A stretch of 64,000 nucleotides of DNA. Source: Veleropilina oligotropha. Lineage: Eukaryota. The notes beneath the pieces are model-generated. The model searched no databases, had not been told where the DNA came from, and saw nothing but the letters and a program-made list of their open reading frames with translations. This document shows positions 26,104 through 35,269 of this stretch, one piece after another; the first letter of the stretch is position 1, and every line of letters starts with the position of its first letter. The stretch is from assembly GCA_048128005.1 (NCBI GenBank), contig JBEUKZ010000013.1:124001-188000 (forward strand). The letters are read 5' to 3'. A program made the translations under genes and the position numbers.

Positions 26104-26532
26104 TTAGGCGAGCTTGTAGGCGACCAACCCGGTCGCAGCCATCCCCAGGATGATGAAGGTGATCTCACGTCCCTTCTGGGCATCGCTCGGTGTGTAGTAG
26201 TCAGACAGGGCGGGCTCAGGGCCACCCCCCAGGTCGGGGTCAAGGTTCTTGCCGGTGATCAATGCATACTCACGGATCGCGGCGTCAACATCCCGGAATG
26301 TGCCAACGGCATGACCCTGGCGGCGAAGTTCAACGTTCAGCCAGTCGAGACGCTCTGCCCTCTGTTGTGACCATTTAGTCTGAGCAGCGTTGAGCTGTTC
26401 TACAGCAATGTCGTGGCGTTTACGCTCCGCATCGACACCGGAGCTGCGTAGCTTCGAGAAGAGGAAGTTGGAGCCGCTGAAGGCGAGGGCGTTGACGAGA
26501 GCGCCCCCAACCAGCATCGCAATGGAAGCCAT
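26104..26532 (-). CDS. Predicted membrane protein (hydrophobic N- and C-termini, central helix)
   Basis: MASIAMLVGGALVNALAF... and ITFIILGMAATGLVAYKLA. Confidence 0.75.
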   Translation of the reverse strand: MASIAMLVGGALVNALAFSGSNFLFSKLRSSGVDAERKRHDIAVEQLNAAQTKWSQQRAERLDWLNVELRRQGHAVGTFRDVDAAIREYALITGKNLDPDLGGGPEPALSDYYTPSDAQKGREITFIILGMAATGLVAYKLA

Positions 26533-26563
26533 TGAAATGCTGCGATTATCTAGCAAGGTCCCA

Positions 26564-26803
26564 CTACTTCAATATATCGGCCGGAATGATGCCTTGCTTG
26601 ATCAGCATGTCTTTCGTCGCCATGGCGAGCGATACGTCGAGGACGACCATCCCGACATCGTACCCCGTGAAGTCCAGTTTGGGGCTCGCTCCCTTGAATA
26701 CCATCTTTGTCAGGCGTGCGTAGCCTATGGCGAGGCCTGACACTATAGCGGCGTGGTATACAGCGTTGCCGAGCATCTTTCCATCAGTGATTGGGGTAGT
26801 CAT
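26564..26803 (-). CDS. Small hydrophobic 79-aa protein
   Basis: Two hydrophobic segments; same translation in both copies. Confidence 0.7.
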   Translation of the reverse strand: MTTPITDGKMLGNAVYHAAIVSGLAIGYARLTKMVFKGASPKLDFTGYDVGMVVLDVSLAMATKDMLIKQGIIPADILK

Positions 26804-26828
26804 AACTGTTGATTAGTACCGTTTGCGA

Positions 26829-27356
26829 CTATTGCATATGAAAAGGGTTCTGCTTCTTCAATTCGATAGTGGGGGCGGCCCGAGAGCACCGAGCGTCCGC
26901 GTCTGGTGGCTGTTGATGTGGTGTGGATGGACCAGGGTTGCTGCGTTCTGAGGACGTCTTCCAGACAACAAATACCAACGCAACCGTACCGGCAGCGACG
27001 GCTACCTGGGTCCAATTAAATGGGTCCGATTTCCGTGTATCTGGCGCACACGGTCTTTCTGCGGCTGGAACCGCCTCCCCGGGCTGTTCTGATGGAACGA
27101 CAACACTTGTTGGGGCACTCAGGTCTTCTTTCATTTTTCGAACCGCGGCCAGTAGCTTCTCCTGCTTGGCTTTTCGAGCAGCAGCGCCGGCCCGACCTGC
27201 AGCCACTTTTTTCGGGTCCTTTTTACTCACTGATGAGTCTGTCGATGAAGTCACCCTCTCTATCGGCTGGCTCTCGATCGGCTGTCTCTCGATCACTTGG
27301 TCCACTTCCGGCGTTGTCATCTTGATCTGGTATCTTAGGCGGGCAAACATGTCCAA
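26829..27356 (-). CDS. Protein with basic KKDPKKVAAGRAGA motif and one predicted TM segment
   Basis: VAVAAGTVALVFVVW; probable start MTTPEV; overlaps the upstream gene. Confidence 0.65.
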   Translation of the reverse strand: MDMFARLRYQIKMTTPEVDQVIERQPIESQPIERVTSSTDSSVSKKDPKKVAAGRAGAAARKAKQEKLLAAVRKMKEDLSAPTSVVVPSEQPGEAVPAAERPCAPDTRKSDPFNWTQVAVAAGTVALVFVVWKTSSERSNPGPSTPHQQPPDADARCSRAAPTIELKKQNPFHMQ

Positions 27357-27978
27357 ATTGGCAGTGCTTAGCCGTGGTCAACGCTGCGGTCAGCGGTGCG
27401 AGGTACATGCCATATTTATAATACAGCTCACAGCTTGCAGTGGTCAGGGCATGTGAGATGAACGGGTCGGCCTCCAGGTCGGCGATCAGTCGTAGCTGGT
27501 TTGCTGGTGGAATGGGCAGGAACGTCCCAGCTGCCCCCGCGTAGAGATGAATAGCTGAAGTCCCCAGAGTCTTCGTCACATCGGCACCGAGTTTCGCTTC
27601 ATACCTCGCGTGGTGCTTTTCGATCTCGTCGTCAGTCATGTCGTCTATCCGGTCCACTGTGAGGTTACGCCCCATGTATCGGTGGGCCTGTCCTCCAACG
27701 GCTAAGGCTGCAAGCCTCTCACGCTTTGCCGCGCAAACGGAACTTGCGACTCCACTGTTACTGACAGGTTCCTTGCCATCGGGAGTCAAGCGACAGCTGT
27801 TGATGGTCGTTTCTTGTTCGTCATCCATGAGTTGATCGATGAGGCTGTCCATCCTGAAGCGTTTCCAGCATCGCCTCACCGGTCTAATATAACTGTAAAT
27901 CCAATACCACAATGTAGCGAGTAGGAGCAAGATCAGGCTCTGGCTGAAAGCAAAAGCTAGATATACAGCGTCCGACAT
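27223..27978 (-). CDS. Hypothetical 251-aa protein with N-terminal TM segment
   Basis: Hydrophobic N-terminus; frame preserved despite divergence from the inner copy. Confidence 0.7.
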   Translation of the reverse strand: MSDAVYLAFAFSQSLILLLLATLWYWIYSYIRPVRRCWKRFRMDSLIDQLMDDEQETTINSCRLTPDGKEPVSNSGVASSVCAAKRERLAALAVGGQAHRYMGRNLTVDRIDDMTDDEIEKHHARYEAKLGADVTKTLGTSAIHLYAGAAGTFLPIPPANQLRLIADLEADPFISHALTTASCELYYKYGMYLAPLTAALTTAKHCQFGHVCPPKIPDQDDNAGSGPSDRETADREPADREGDFIDRLISE

Positions 27979-28039
27979 GCTAGGTAGTGCTGTAGATGCT
28001 AGGCAGATGCTGGGTAGATGCTCAGTAGACTACAGCTTG

Positions 28040-28437
28040 CTACAGCACACTATAAGCAACGGGCTGATCAGTTTTCAACAGAAGCTTAGCGTGTCGTGTC
28101 TCGGTCAACAGCCTGCGAACCGCGGTCCGTTCATCCTGCGACGGGATTACATCGTTCTCGCGCAGACAGTCCTCGAAACTGTCGCGGTCCTTGCAATGGA
28201 ACAGCGCGACCCAGCGGGTCTGCTCTCTGAGCTCCTTCAAGACCGAGTTGTACTTTTGCGTCACTACCCATACGCTCTGGGAAGCATGCCTGCCGCTGAA
28301 GGCCAACAAAGTCAGCATGTCCCGTTTCTTTGCCATAGCCTTGCTCGCGGCGCAGTCGTCGATGATATATAAAGTTGATTCCCCCTGAAACAGTCGGTAG
28401 AACCCCCGCAGCCAGTCATGGAGTCGCTCACCCGGGG
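28040..28437 (-). pseudogene. 3' half of outer packaging ATPase, cut by nested insertion
   Basis: PGERLHDW...YIIDD...SGRH matches the intact gene from 36777 onward. Confidence 0.95.
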
Positions 28438-28621
28438 AGCAGCAGGGGGGGTGACCATACCTTTTATCTGGGGGCGCGGCGAGGGAAATTAAGGCTCCCA
28501 GCACTTTTTCAGAATTAATATGGATCTCAACTCAGCAGCAGGGGGGGTCAGTAGACTTTTTAGAATGGGAAAATACAGCGCCCAGCACTATTTCAGAACT
28601 GAGCTGGTATTACTGTGGGGA
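28438..28621 (+). repeat. Left TIR of inner element
   Basis: Reverse complement of 45307-45490; no mismatch noticed by eye. Confidence 0.95.
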
Positions 28622-29152
28622 ACTAGGGATGTTCCCGGGGGTTAAATTATAACACTTACCTATGCTAGCCTGGCTCCTGTATGTTAATAGCTGTAACGTT
28701 ATACCAGGAAGTATTGTTTCGCTATCAGAGTAATAATCGTAGCATGACAACAGGAAAATCTAGGACGACTTATGCGGTTGAATGGACGGCTATAGCTCAT
28801 CGAGTCAATGAATAGCAATAACTCCATGAATACAAAAGCGAGCAGGCTCGCACAATAGCGTGCACTAGAGTAGCAGCAGGTGTAAATTAAAACGCTTACC
28901 TGTGGATAGTTCGGATTCCTCTTTAGTTTTTATCATGTTTTGGTACTTAGTGTCCCTGCGGTTTTTGGCTATAGCCAGTTCAAGTCTCTGCACTGCAGCC
29001 AAGTCGTCAAAACAGATTTTTTCAAGCCAATACCTTGGTCATCAGCCATTTCGGCCTGTGAGGCCTCGTCAGAGTATCTACCAGATACTGATGGCCCCGA
29101 CTGACCAAGTTATGGTGGTGTGTCGGGTGCCTAGTTCTGTTGTTACGTTTGC

Positions 29153-29440
29153 CTATTCGTCGTCCTTCAGTAGGTTTTGCAGCCTGCGTACATCTGCGGC
29201 TGCTGCATCATGGGCAATTTCAAGCTCACGGAGTTTTTCGATCATCTTTTTCATTCTCCACTTGGCTATTTTCATGTTTTGGTATAATTTGTCCTTTCGA
29301 TTTTTGGTTCGGGCCAGTTCCAGTCTTGTCGTATTTTTCGATACCTGATTATCGGCGGCTTCTTCATACAGAAAGTTCTCGACAAAACCACGTTGTCGGT
29401 CCATTGTCAAATTGGGTAGTTTTCTTGTAATGCTATCCAT
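29153..29440 (-). CDS. Inner-copy-specific 95-aa charged helical protein
   Basis: ATG ORF with a TATA-like CTATATAAG about 30 nt upstream (29470-29478, minus strand); not seen in the outer copy. Confidence 0.5.
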   Translation of the reverse strand: MDSITRKLPNLTMDRQRGFVENFLYEEAADNQVSKNTTRLELARTKNRKDKLYQNMKIAKWRMKKMIEKLRELEIAHDAAAADVRRLQNLLKDDE

Positions 29441-29520
29441 TTGTATGTGACTCGATACGTTATGGGGAGCTTATATAGTTTCTCTGTGCGTTCTACGGCC
29501 TTCTAGATCAGTTTATTGCC

Positions 29521-29681
29521 ACATTCCCATATATAACTTCTGACGATATCTGTACCTTCTAGAAGCCTTCCACGTACACATTTCCACATATAACTTCTGA
29601 CGATATCTGTACTTTCTAGAAGCTTTCCACGTACACATTTCCACATATAACTTCTGACGAATCTCTGTTCATTCTAGAAGG
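29521..29681. repeat. 57-bp tandem repeat, about 2.8 copies
   Basis: ATATAACTTCTGACGA at 29531, 29588 and 29645. Confidence 0.9.
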
Positions 29682-30085
29682 CTGTATTGCCACGTGACGA
29701 ATGACTCGACTAAAATACGGTAACTACATAAACAAGGTTACAAGAAAAAGAAATCTGTGCTAAACGGACGCACGGTTACAAGAAAAAGAAATCTGGGTCA
29801 AACTTTCTTCACTGAGCCGGAAAATTTTTATATCTGGGTCGACTCGGCAGCTGTGGCATGAAATTCTGTTTGCGATTCGCCTGCGAGGTATTTCATTCAT
29901 AAATCGGACAATGGGTCGACCTGAAACGCATGCGATTCGCCTAATCCAACAATATCTATTGATGTGAGGTATTTCATTCATAAATCGTACAATGGGTCGA
30001 CGACAGCGACCTGTCATGCTTTTAACGACTGTTGCCGTTCATAAATCGGGCACGAATGAACCAAGTAGATGGCTGCCTGGGATAT

Positions 30086-30338
30086 TAATATTATTATTTA
30101 ATACATTGATGTCTCTCCTAGTGTTGCTCTAAGCGCAGTACAAACCATAACTAATATTACAGTACAATGTACACAAGAATATACAGGAGAGACATCAATG
30201 ATACATACTTAAGCAATAATAACAATAAACAGAATATTTTTTTCGAGTTTTTCAATTTTATCTTTTTTTTTACAAGCGCAATCAGACAAAGAGGTGAAGC
30301 AGCCCCTGCGTGAACTTCAACCAACTTTGAATGGTACA
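30086..30338 (-). mobile_element. Host retroelement 3' fragment inside the inner virus
   Basis: Reverse-complement match to window 52-320; AT-rich; absent from the outer copy. Confidence 0.85.
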
Positions 30339-30390
30339 ATATACGCAGGGGAAAGCCGGAAAAATATGTTTTAATGCAGGAGCAGCTGGT

Positions 30391-30822
30391 TTATATGAAT
30401 ATATAGTTGCCCGATATTAAAGTACAATTACAGGGTGAGATGTGTCCGACTTTTCTCCACACACCGAAGCAGCCAGACAGCATGGTATAATACTCCCCAT
30501 TTTTTCCAGGACATAACGAGGGGGTCGAACACTGGACACATGTGACAGTATCTCTTGGTGTGGCAGGGCTACAGTCATTCTCTCCGATAATAAAATAGTG
30601 GCATGACGGTGGAGAGACATCAGGGGTGGGGTCTCTACCCGGGCGAAGAAGCAAGTTTCTACGTAAGGGGTCAAATCGGGCGTTATACCTGGGATGATTT
30701 CGGTACCTGGTCCACGTATGTTCCAGAATTAATGCAGTGTTGTGTGTCGACGCCTGGGTAGACACACCCCCTAGCCAGCACACCGCGGCAATACACAGTA
30801 GCATAGATTTCATGGATTTCAT
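30391..30822 (-). CDS. Predicted secreted Cys-rich protein (143 aa)
   Basis: Signal-peptide-like N-terminus; C-terminal domain with 8 cysteines. Confidence 0.7.
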   Translation of the reverse strand: MKSMKSMLLCIAAVCWLGGVSTQASTHNTALILEHTWTRYRNHPRYNARFDPLRRNLLLRPGRDPTPDVSPPSCHYFIIGENDCSPATPRDTVTCVQCSTPSLCPGKNGEYYTMLSGCFGVWRKVGHISPCNCTLISGNYIFI

Positions 30823-30904
30823 GGTTGTCCAGATATCACTGTCGATTTCTAGCTTTAATACGGGGGAGGAGCGGGGTAGTCGTGGCTACGCTCAACCTGG
30901 ATAG

Positions 30905-31540
30905 TTAGTCGCCAGCTCCGATTTTTTTCAGCAGCTCTGCGCGACCCTCTAAACGACCACGCTCAATAAGCTCGCTTTGGGTCTGTGAAATCGCGGTGTG
31001 CGCCTTCCTACTCTTATCCCGAATTGATGCCTTCATGGCTTGGTATTTCAACATCTCCCCTGTGACCAGTTGGAATTCATCATCAGACATCACCCCGTCC
31101 GATAATGCCTTTGAGACGTGGTCGGTTATGGTATTCAGCTTGCTGTCGGCCAGGACTCGAATCTCGTCGTGTTTCTTAGCCTTCACCCTGAGGCGCCGGC
31201 TGATATACTTTCCACCCATACTAGCGAGCCCACACCCTAATGCCGCTAGTTCCAGCACTAGGACGACCGGGGCGGCTACAATTGTGGACAGTAGACCAAT
31301 TCCAGCGCTACCCATACCAAGTGTGGCGACGACTAGCCCGTTATCTATCTCGTCAACGACGTTAACACCTCGTCGGTACTTTTTATATAATGCAGCCCGT
31401 GTGTCCCTCTCTCGTTCTAATTGTCCCTGAAGCTCATTCACTTTCTGTAGTCGGAAGGACTGTGCCTCATGCAGTTCCGAAGGCACATCGCCACCAAGTT
31501 GTGGGTACAGCGTTGGCGCTGAGGGTTTGTTGTCCATCAT
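30905..31540 (-). CDS. Helical protein with central hydrophobic hairpin (about 211 aa)
   Basis: Probable start MMDNKPSAP; GLVVATLGMGSAGIGLLSTIVAAPVVLVLELAALGCGLAS flanked by coiled-coil-like helices. Confidence 0.8.
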   Translation of the reverse strand: MMDNKPSAPTLYPQLGGDVPSELHEAQSFRLQKVNELQGQLERERDTRAALYKKYRRGVNVVDEIDNGLVVATLGMGSAGIGLLSTIVAAPVVLVLELAALGCGLASMGGKYISRRLRVKAKKHDEIRVLADSKLNTITDHVSKALSDGVMSDDEFQLVTGEMLKYQAMKASIRDKSRKAHTAISQTQSELIERGRLEGRAELLKKIGAGD

Positions 31541-31899
31541 ACGTGGCTGTATTGTTCCGCCTGTTTGTTTAAAATGTCTACTGTAACGTTCAAATACAGA
31601 GTGCCGACCCACGGGGCCTTGATGACAAAGGCGAGGGTTAACTTATCCGAATCCAGGCTGAGTTTACTTATGGAACATGCCTTGGGGCCCCCGGCCGGCT
31701 GGACCGGCGTCAGGTGGATCATTAGAAGGGCTGGGTTCAACCCGAACCGACCTCTAGTGTTTGGAAACATGAACTCCCTCCTCGCCAGCCCCTTATTGGG
31801 CGCTACCCCACAATTAAGGACAAAGTGCCACCGGGTCGGGGGGGAAGAGGGCTCGTCTGCAAGCAGGGGTAGGGGGAGGGTCCCGTAGATGCTGCTCAT
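31537..31899 (-). CDS. Hypothetical 120-aa protein
   Basis: ATGA overlaps with both neighbours. Confidence 0.6.
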   Translation of the reverse strand: MSSIYGTLPLPLLADEPSSPPTRWHFVLNCGVAPNKGLARREFMFPNTRGRFGLNPALLMIHLTPVQPAGGPKACSISKLSLDSDKLTLAFVIKAPWVGTLYLNVTVDILNKQAEQYSHV

Positions 31900-32636
31900 T
31901 GTATCGCAAGGACTGCGGTAATGGGCATGCCGTGATTGTCGATCGGGTTACTGTCTGCGTCTGTGACGTACACCTTCAACTCTGTGATTAGCCCGGCCTG
32001 TAGTCGCCGGCCGGCGGGATAGCTATGATAGTGGCCAGCTTCACCGAACATCTGCGACGTGATAGGGACCACCGCGAGAATAGTGCTCGGGGCGCCGTCC
32101 TTCACATTGTGCGTTGTACTAAGCTGCTCCAGGTGGACGTGCAGGGTTGGCGCTATGGCAAACCCGACAGGCTTATTCCCGTCATAAGTCCCAGGGCGTA
32201 GCCACTCGGATCTCTCCGGAGGGGGAGGTGGTTGGCCCTGTACTCCCCGAACCGGTTGGTTCAGATTCCCTGCTTTATCGAGAATAAACGAAGAGAGGTC
32301 TAAGCCGAGGAGTTTTCGTATATCGTCGCTTATCGCGAGTCGAGTCCCCTCTGGGACCACGATTCGGGCGAGCCCTGTAGCATGGCTTACATCTAGTTGT
32401 AGGTTAACTAGCGACCTCTTCATCGTCTTGGCGAGGTCATCGAAGCTGTAGAAACCTGGTGCCACGTCGACCGTGGTATCCGGTGTCTTAAAGAAGGCTC
32501 CGGCATGCACGTTGTGCCAGCCTACCCAATAGTCGAGCGACTGCAAGCTGACACATAGCTTGCCGTCCCGGTTATCAATCGGCTCCAGGAGGGCAACCGC
32601 GGTCCCCTCTTGAACGTTTGTTAATGTGTGAAACAT
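31896..32636 (-). CDS. Putative minor capsid (penton, single jelly-roll) protein
   Basis: 246 aa, beta-rich; PGFYS, STILAVVPI and ELKVYVTD...PID.HG motifs resemble Polinton pentons. Confidence 0.7.
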   Translation of the reverse strand: MFHTLTNVQEGTAVALLEPIDNRDGKLCVSLQSLDYWVGWHNVHAGAFFKTPDTTVDVAPGFYSFDDLAKTMKRSLVNLQLDVSHATGLARIVVPEGTRLAISDDIRKLLGLDLSSFILDKAGNLNQPVRGVQGQPPPPPERSEWLRPGTYDGNKPVGFAIAPTLHVHLEQLSTTHNVKDGAPSTILAVVPITSQMFGEAGHYHSYPAGRRLQAGLITELKVYVTDADSNPIDNHGMPITAVLAIQ

Positions 32637-32643
32637 AGTAGCT

Positions 32644-33927
32644 ATGGCTAAGAGCGCCTTTGCGTTTAATAGGAGTGCGGCCTATCCGACCGGTGTGGTG
32701 TACCCAGCAAAGATCAAAGATGAGCAGCTTACGAGACCAAGCATCAATGTGGGTAATAGCTCAACCACTACATTCGGGGCAACATACCCTGACGTCTTTC
32801 AGAAATACCGCCTCCCTCATGTCGCTAGTGACGGGCTGATAAGGGATTGGAACAGCACGCCGATGAGGTTCTGGCAGAACAAGGTCAATTTCGCAGTTTG
32901 GTGTGCCACAACAGGTTCCGGAATCTCCTCAGAAGACCACTTAAATGCGACCGACCCCCTCTCCACTGCTGTATTCACCTTCCACGTCTACTATCAGGTC
33001 AGACGAATCTTATCCGAAATTCAGGCGCCGCTGCCACAGGACCGGACGTGGGATGCATTCGACAACCCGTATGACCGCAGGGCATATGAGAAGATCTGCA
33101 GCGAATTTGGGGTGTCTCCCCATACCGACTGGCGTGTCAAGGGTCCCAACGGCGGACTAGGCACCGCTTACAGCTACTGGACGAACAACGGCTACCACCC
33201 CATCGGACGTGACTATGATCCAAGCCGAATGTCCTTCACTAAAGGTACGACCAACACGAATCTGCACGTGGACTACATCGCGCAAGCGCCTGCACTTAAA
33301 AACGGTTGGGCTACTTTTATTCTGGACAGGTCGGTGGGATTCACGAGGGCCGGCGTGGAAAGGCTCAATGATTCCATCAGGACCTACGTCTGGGCTATTC
33401 TTGGAGCGCAGGCTCAAACGCGTGCAAGTATTCTGGGTAGTGGGACGGCGTTTGACGCACAGAAACAGTTCCTGGCGAACGTGGAAGACGCCATCGCATC
33501 CCCCGTTGACCTCCCAGCAGCCATCAAACGGTACCAAGAGGTGCTCCAGTATGCGAGGTCCAAAGTGGACTTCGTATTCGGCGTTGGCCTGTACATGGCG
33601 CCAAGTAACATGCTTCTACGGATCGGGCAGGTGGCTGGTTATAACAATGAGATCGTCGTCGCCACGGAAGACCAGACACTCGGTCTTAATACTACGGTGA
33701 ACGCGGCCAATCCTGTGCCGCCCAACGCCACTGGGGATACTGGAGAAACAGGACTGGTTATTCCACAAGACGCAGATGCAAGCATACCGGTAGTTACTCC
33801 GAAGCATCCAAGCTCTCTGCCAGCTGTGGCAGCTGTTTCAGCTGGGGCAACCAAACATGACGAGGAGAAAACCGCACTTATCGTGGGCGGCATTGTCGTT
33901 GGCCTAGCGTTCATTTGGCTTACGTGA
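32644..33927 (+). CDS. 427-aa protein with low-complexity stalk and C-terminal TM anchor
   Basis: Ends ALIVGGIVVGLAFIWLT; conserved in both copies. Confidence 0.8.
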   Translation: MAKSAFAFNRSAAYPTGVVYPAKIKDEQLTRPSINVGNSSTTTFGATYPDVFQKYRLPHVASDGLIRDWNSTPMRFWQNKVNFAVWCATTGSGISSEDHLNATDPLSTAVFTFHVYYQVRRILSEIQAPLPQDRTWDAFDNPYDRRAYEKICSEFGVSPHTDWRVKGPNGGLGTAYSYWTNNGYHPIGRDYDPSRMSFTKGTTNTNLHVDYIAQAPALKNGWATFILDRSVGFTRAGVERLNDSIRTYVWAILGAQAQTRASILGSGTAFDAQKQFLANVEDAIASPVDLPAAIKRYQEVLQYARSKVDFVFGVGLYMAPSNMLLRIGQVAGYNNEIVVATEDQTLGLNTTVNAANPVPPNATGDTGETGLVIPQDADASIPVVTPKHPSSLPAVAAVSAGATKHDEEKTALIVGGIVVGLAFIWLT

Positions 33928-35233
33928 CCCACTGTCTAGCGGCAATAAGAAGCAAGCCCCCAACTGATATGACCAGTGCCCATAGGTTTTCAGCGAGCCA
34001 CGATGCTGTCTTGCCAATCAGGTTGATTAGCCAGGAGACCAGGCTTCCAAGTATTCCTGGGAGCGCGGCTGCGGCCTTCCCTGCTAGTTTGCCTAGAATC
34101 CTTCCCAGGTTCTGCAGCTGCTTTTTGACCCACTCCTTGACCCCGCCCTGACCACTGGGAGGTGGTGGTGTTGGTGGTATGCTCGGCGCTCCGCCTGTCA
34201 GGGCTAGTACCAACGTCGAGATGGCCAACCCAATAGCAGTCAGTATTGTTGCGATCGTGACCCCCTGCTCGCGGAACAGGGTCCGGATACGCTCGGCCAG
34301 CGTTGTGTCGGTGTTCAGGATCCGACTTATCATCTCTCGGATCCGGCTGATTTGAGAGCGAAGGGCCTCCCGGCTTGATGATGCTGCTTCTAGGCGAGCT
34401 GCTCTTTCATCATTCAGGTCGCGCAGACGTTCCGCGATCCGTCGACGGATGAACTCATCCACACCGCCCTCTTCATCTGCCTGATCGAGCTTCATCTTCT
34501 CCAGCTCTATGTGTTCGTCCAGCGCCGTTAGTTTGGCTAGATTGTTGGTTAGTTCGCCTCGGATGGTCTGCATCGCCTTGTCAAGTCCGCGAAGCTCGCG
34601 AAGATTTAATGGAGGGTCCCCCATTGTGCCTAAGATCTCTTCAACCTCGGCATCAGTGAATTTCGTCTCCATCGTGTGGATTGCTACCGAGGCATCAGTA
34701 GCAGTCTGCCCCAAGTCCCGCAGTTCTATGTTTTCGACATTAGCGGCCGCACCGCTCAACTCGTTGTCGGCTGTCTGAAGAGCTGCAACCGCTTTTGAGG
34801 ACGGCTTTTGTCCCCCCCGCGTCCAGTGTACAAAACCCAACCCTTCGCGGATTGCATCACCCCCACCAGGCCGGCCAGCTATTGTTGACAACGCCAAGGG
34901 GTTGCCGGTGCGAGAATTTATGAGATTGATGTCGGGGTAGTCCGTCATCACCAATTTTCCCCCCCGCCCTAATTTTCCCCTCACATACTTGAATTTTGAA
35001 TAATCTCGCCCTGCGGCTGGGGTCTGCCCCTCCTGTGCCAGGGCTTTGTAGTAGTCGTCAACCACGCCCTGAACGAGCTCTTGCTGAAGACTGCTGGTTC
35101 CTTCCTGTGGCCGTTCCGAAAGAACAGGCATAAACCGGTCGGTGGATAGATCCACATCAGTATCGTCGATGATGGTATCATCGTTGTCGATGAGATCGTC
35201 CGGCTCGAATGCGGGGTTATCGAATTCCGCCAT
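33920..35233 (-). CDS. 437-aa protein: acidic N-terminus, coiled coil, hydrophobic/amphipathic C-terminus
   Basis: Heptad-like region followed by VTIATILTAIGLAISTLVLAL, poly-Pro and amphipathic helices. Confidence 0.8.
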   Translation of the reverse strand: MAEFDNPAFEPDDLIDNDDTIIDDTDVDLSTDRFMPVLSERPQEGTSSLQQELVQGVVDDYYKALAQEGQTPAAGRDYSKFKYVRGKLGRGGKLVMTDYPDINLINSRTGNPLALSTIAGRPGGGDAIREGLGFVHWTRGGQKPSSKAVAALQTADNELSGAAANVENIELRDLGQTATDASVAIHTMETKFTDAEVEEILGTMGDPPLNLRELRGLDKAMQTIRGELTNNLAKLTALDEHIELEKMKLDQADEEGGVDEFIRRRIAERLRDLNDERAARLEAASSSREALRSQISRIREMISRILNTDTTLAERIRTLFREQGVTIATILTAIGLAISTLVLALTGGAPSIPPTPPPPSGQGGVKEWVKKQLQNLGRILGKLAGKAAAALPGILGSLVSWLINLIGKTASWLAENLWALVISVGGLLLIAARQWVT

Positions 35234-35269
35234 TTGAATACATCAGTGGGATACGCATCTAATTCAGCC

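Noticed and set aside
28040..28504. 154-aa and 106-aa (45410-45730) ORFs as new fusion genes
   Set aside because: ATPase halves reading into TIR sequence; by-products of the insertion
29521..29681. CRISPR-like array
   Set aside because: Head-to-tail 57-bp units without unique spacers; no cas genes; eukaryotic context
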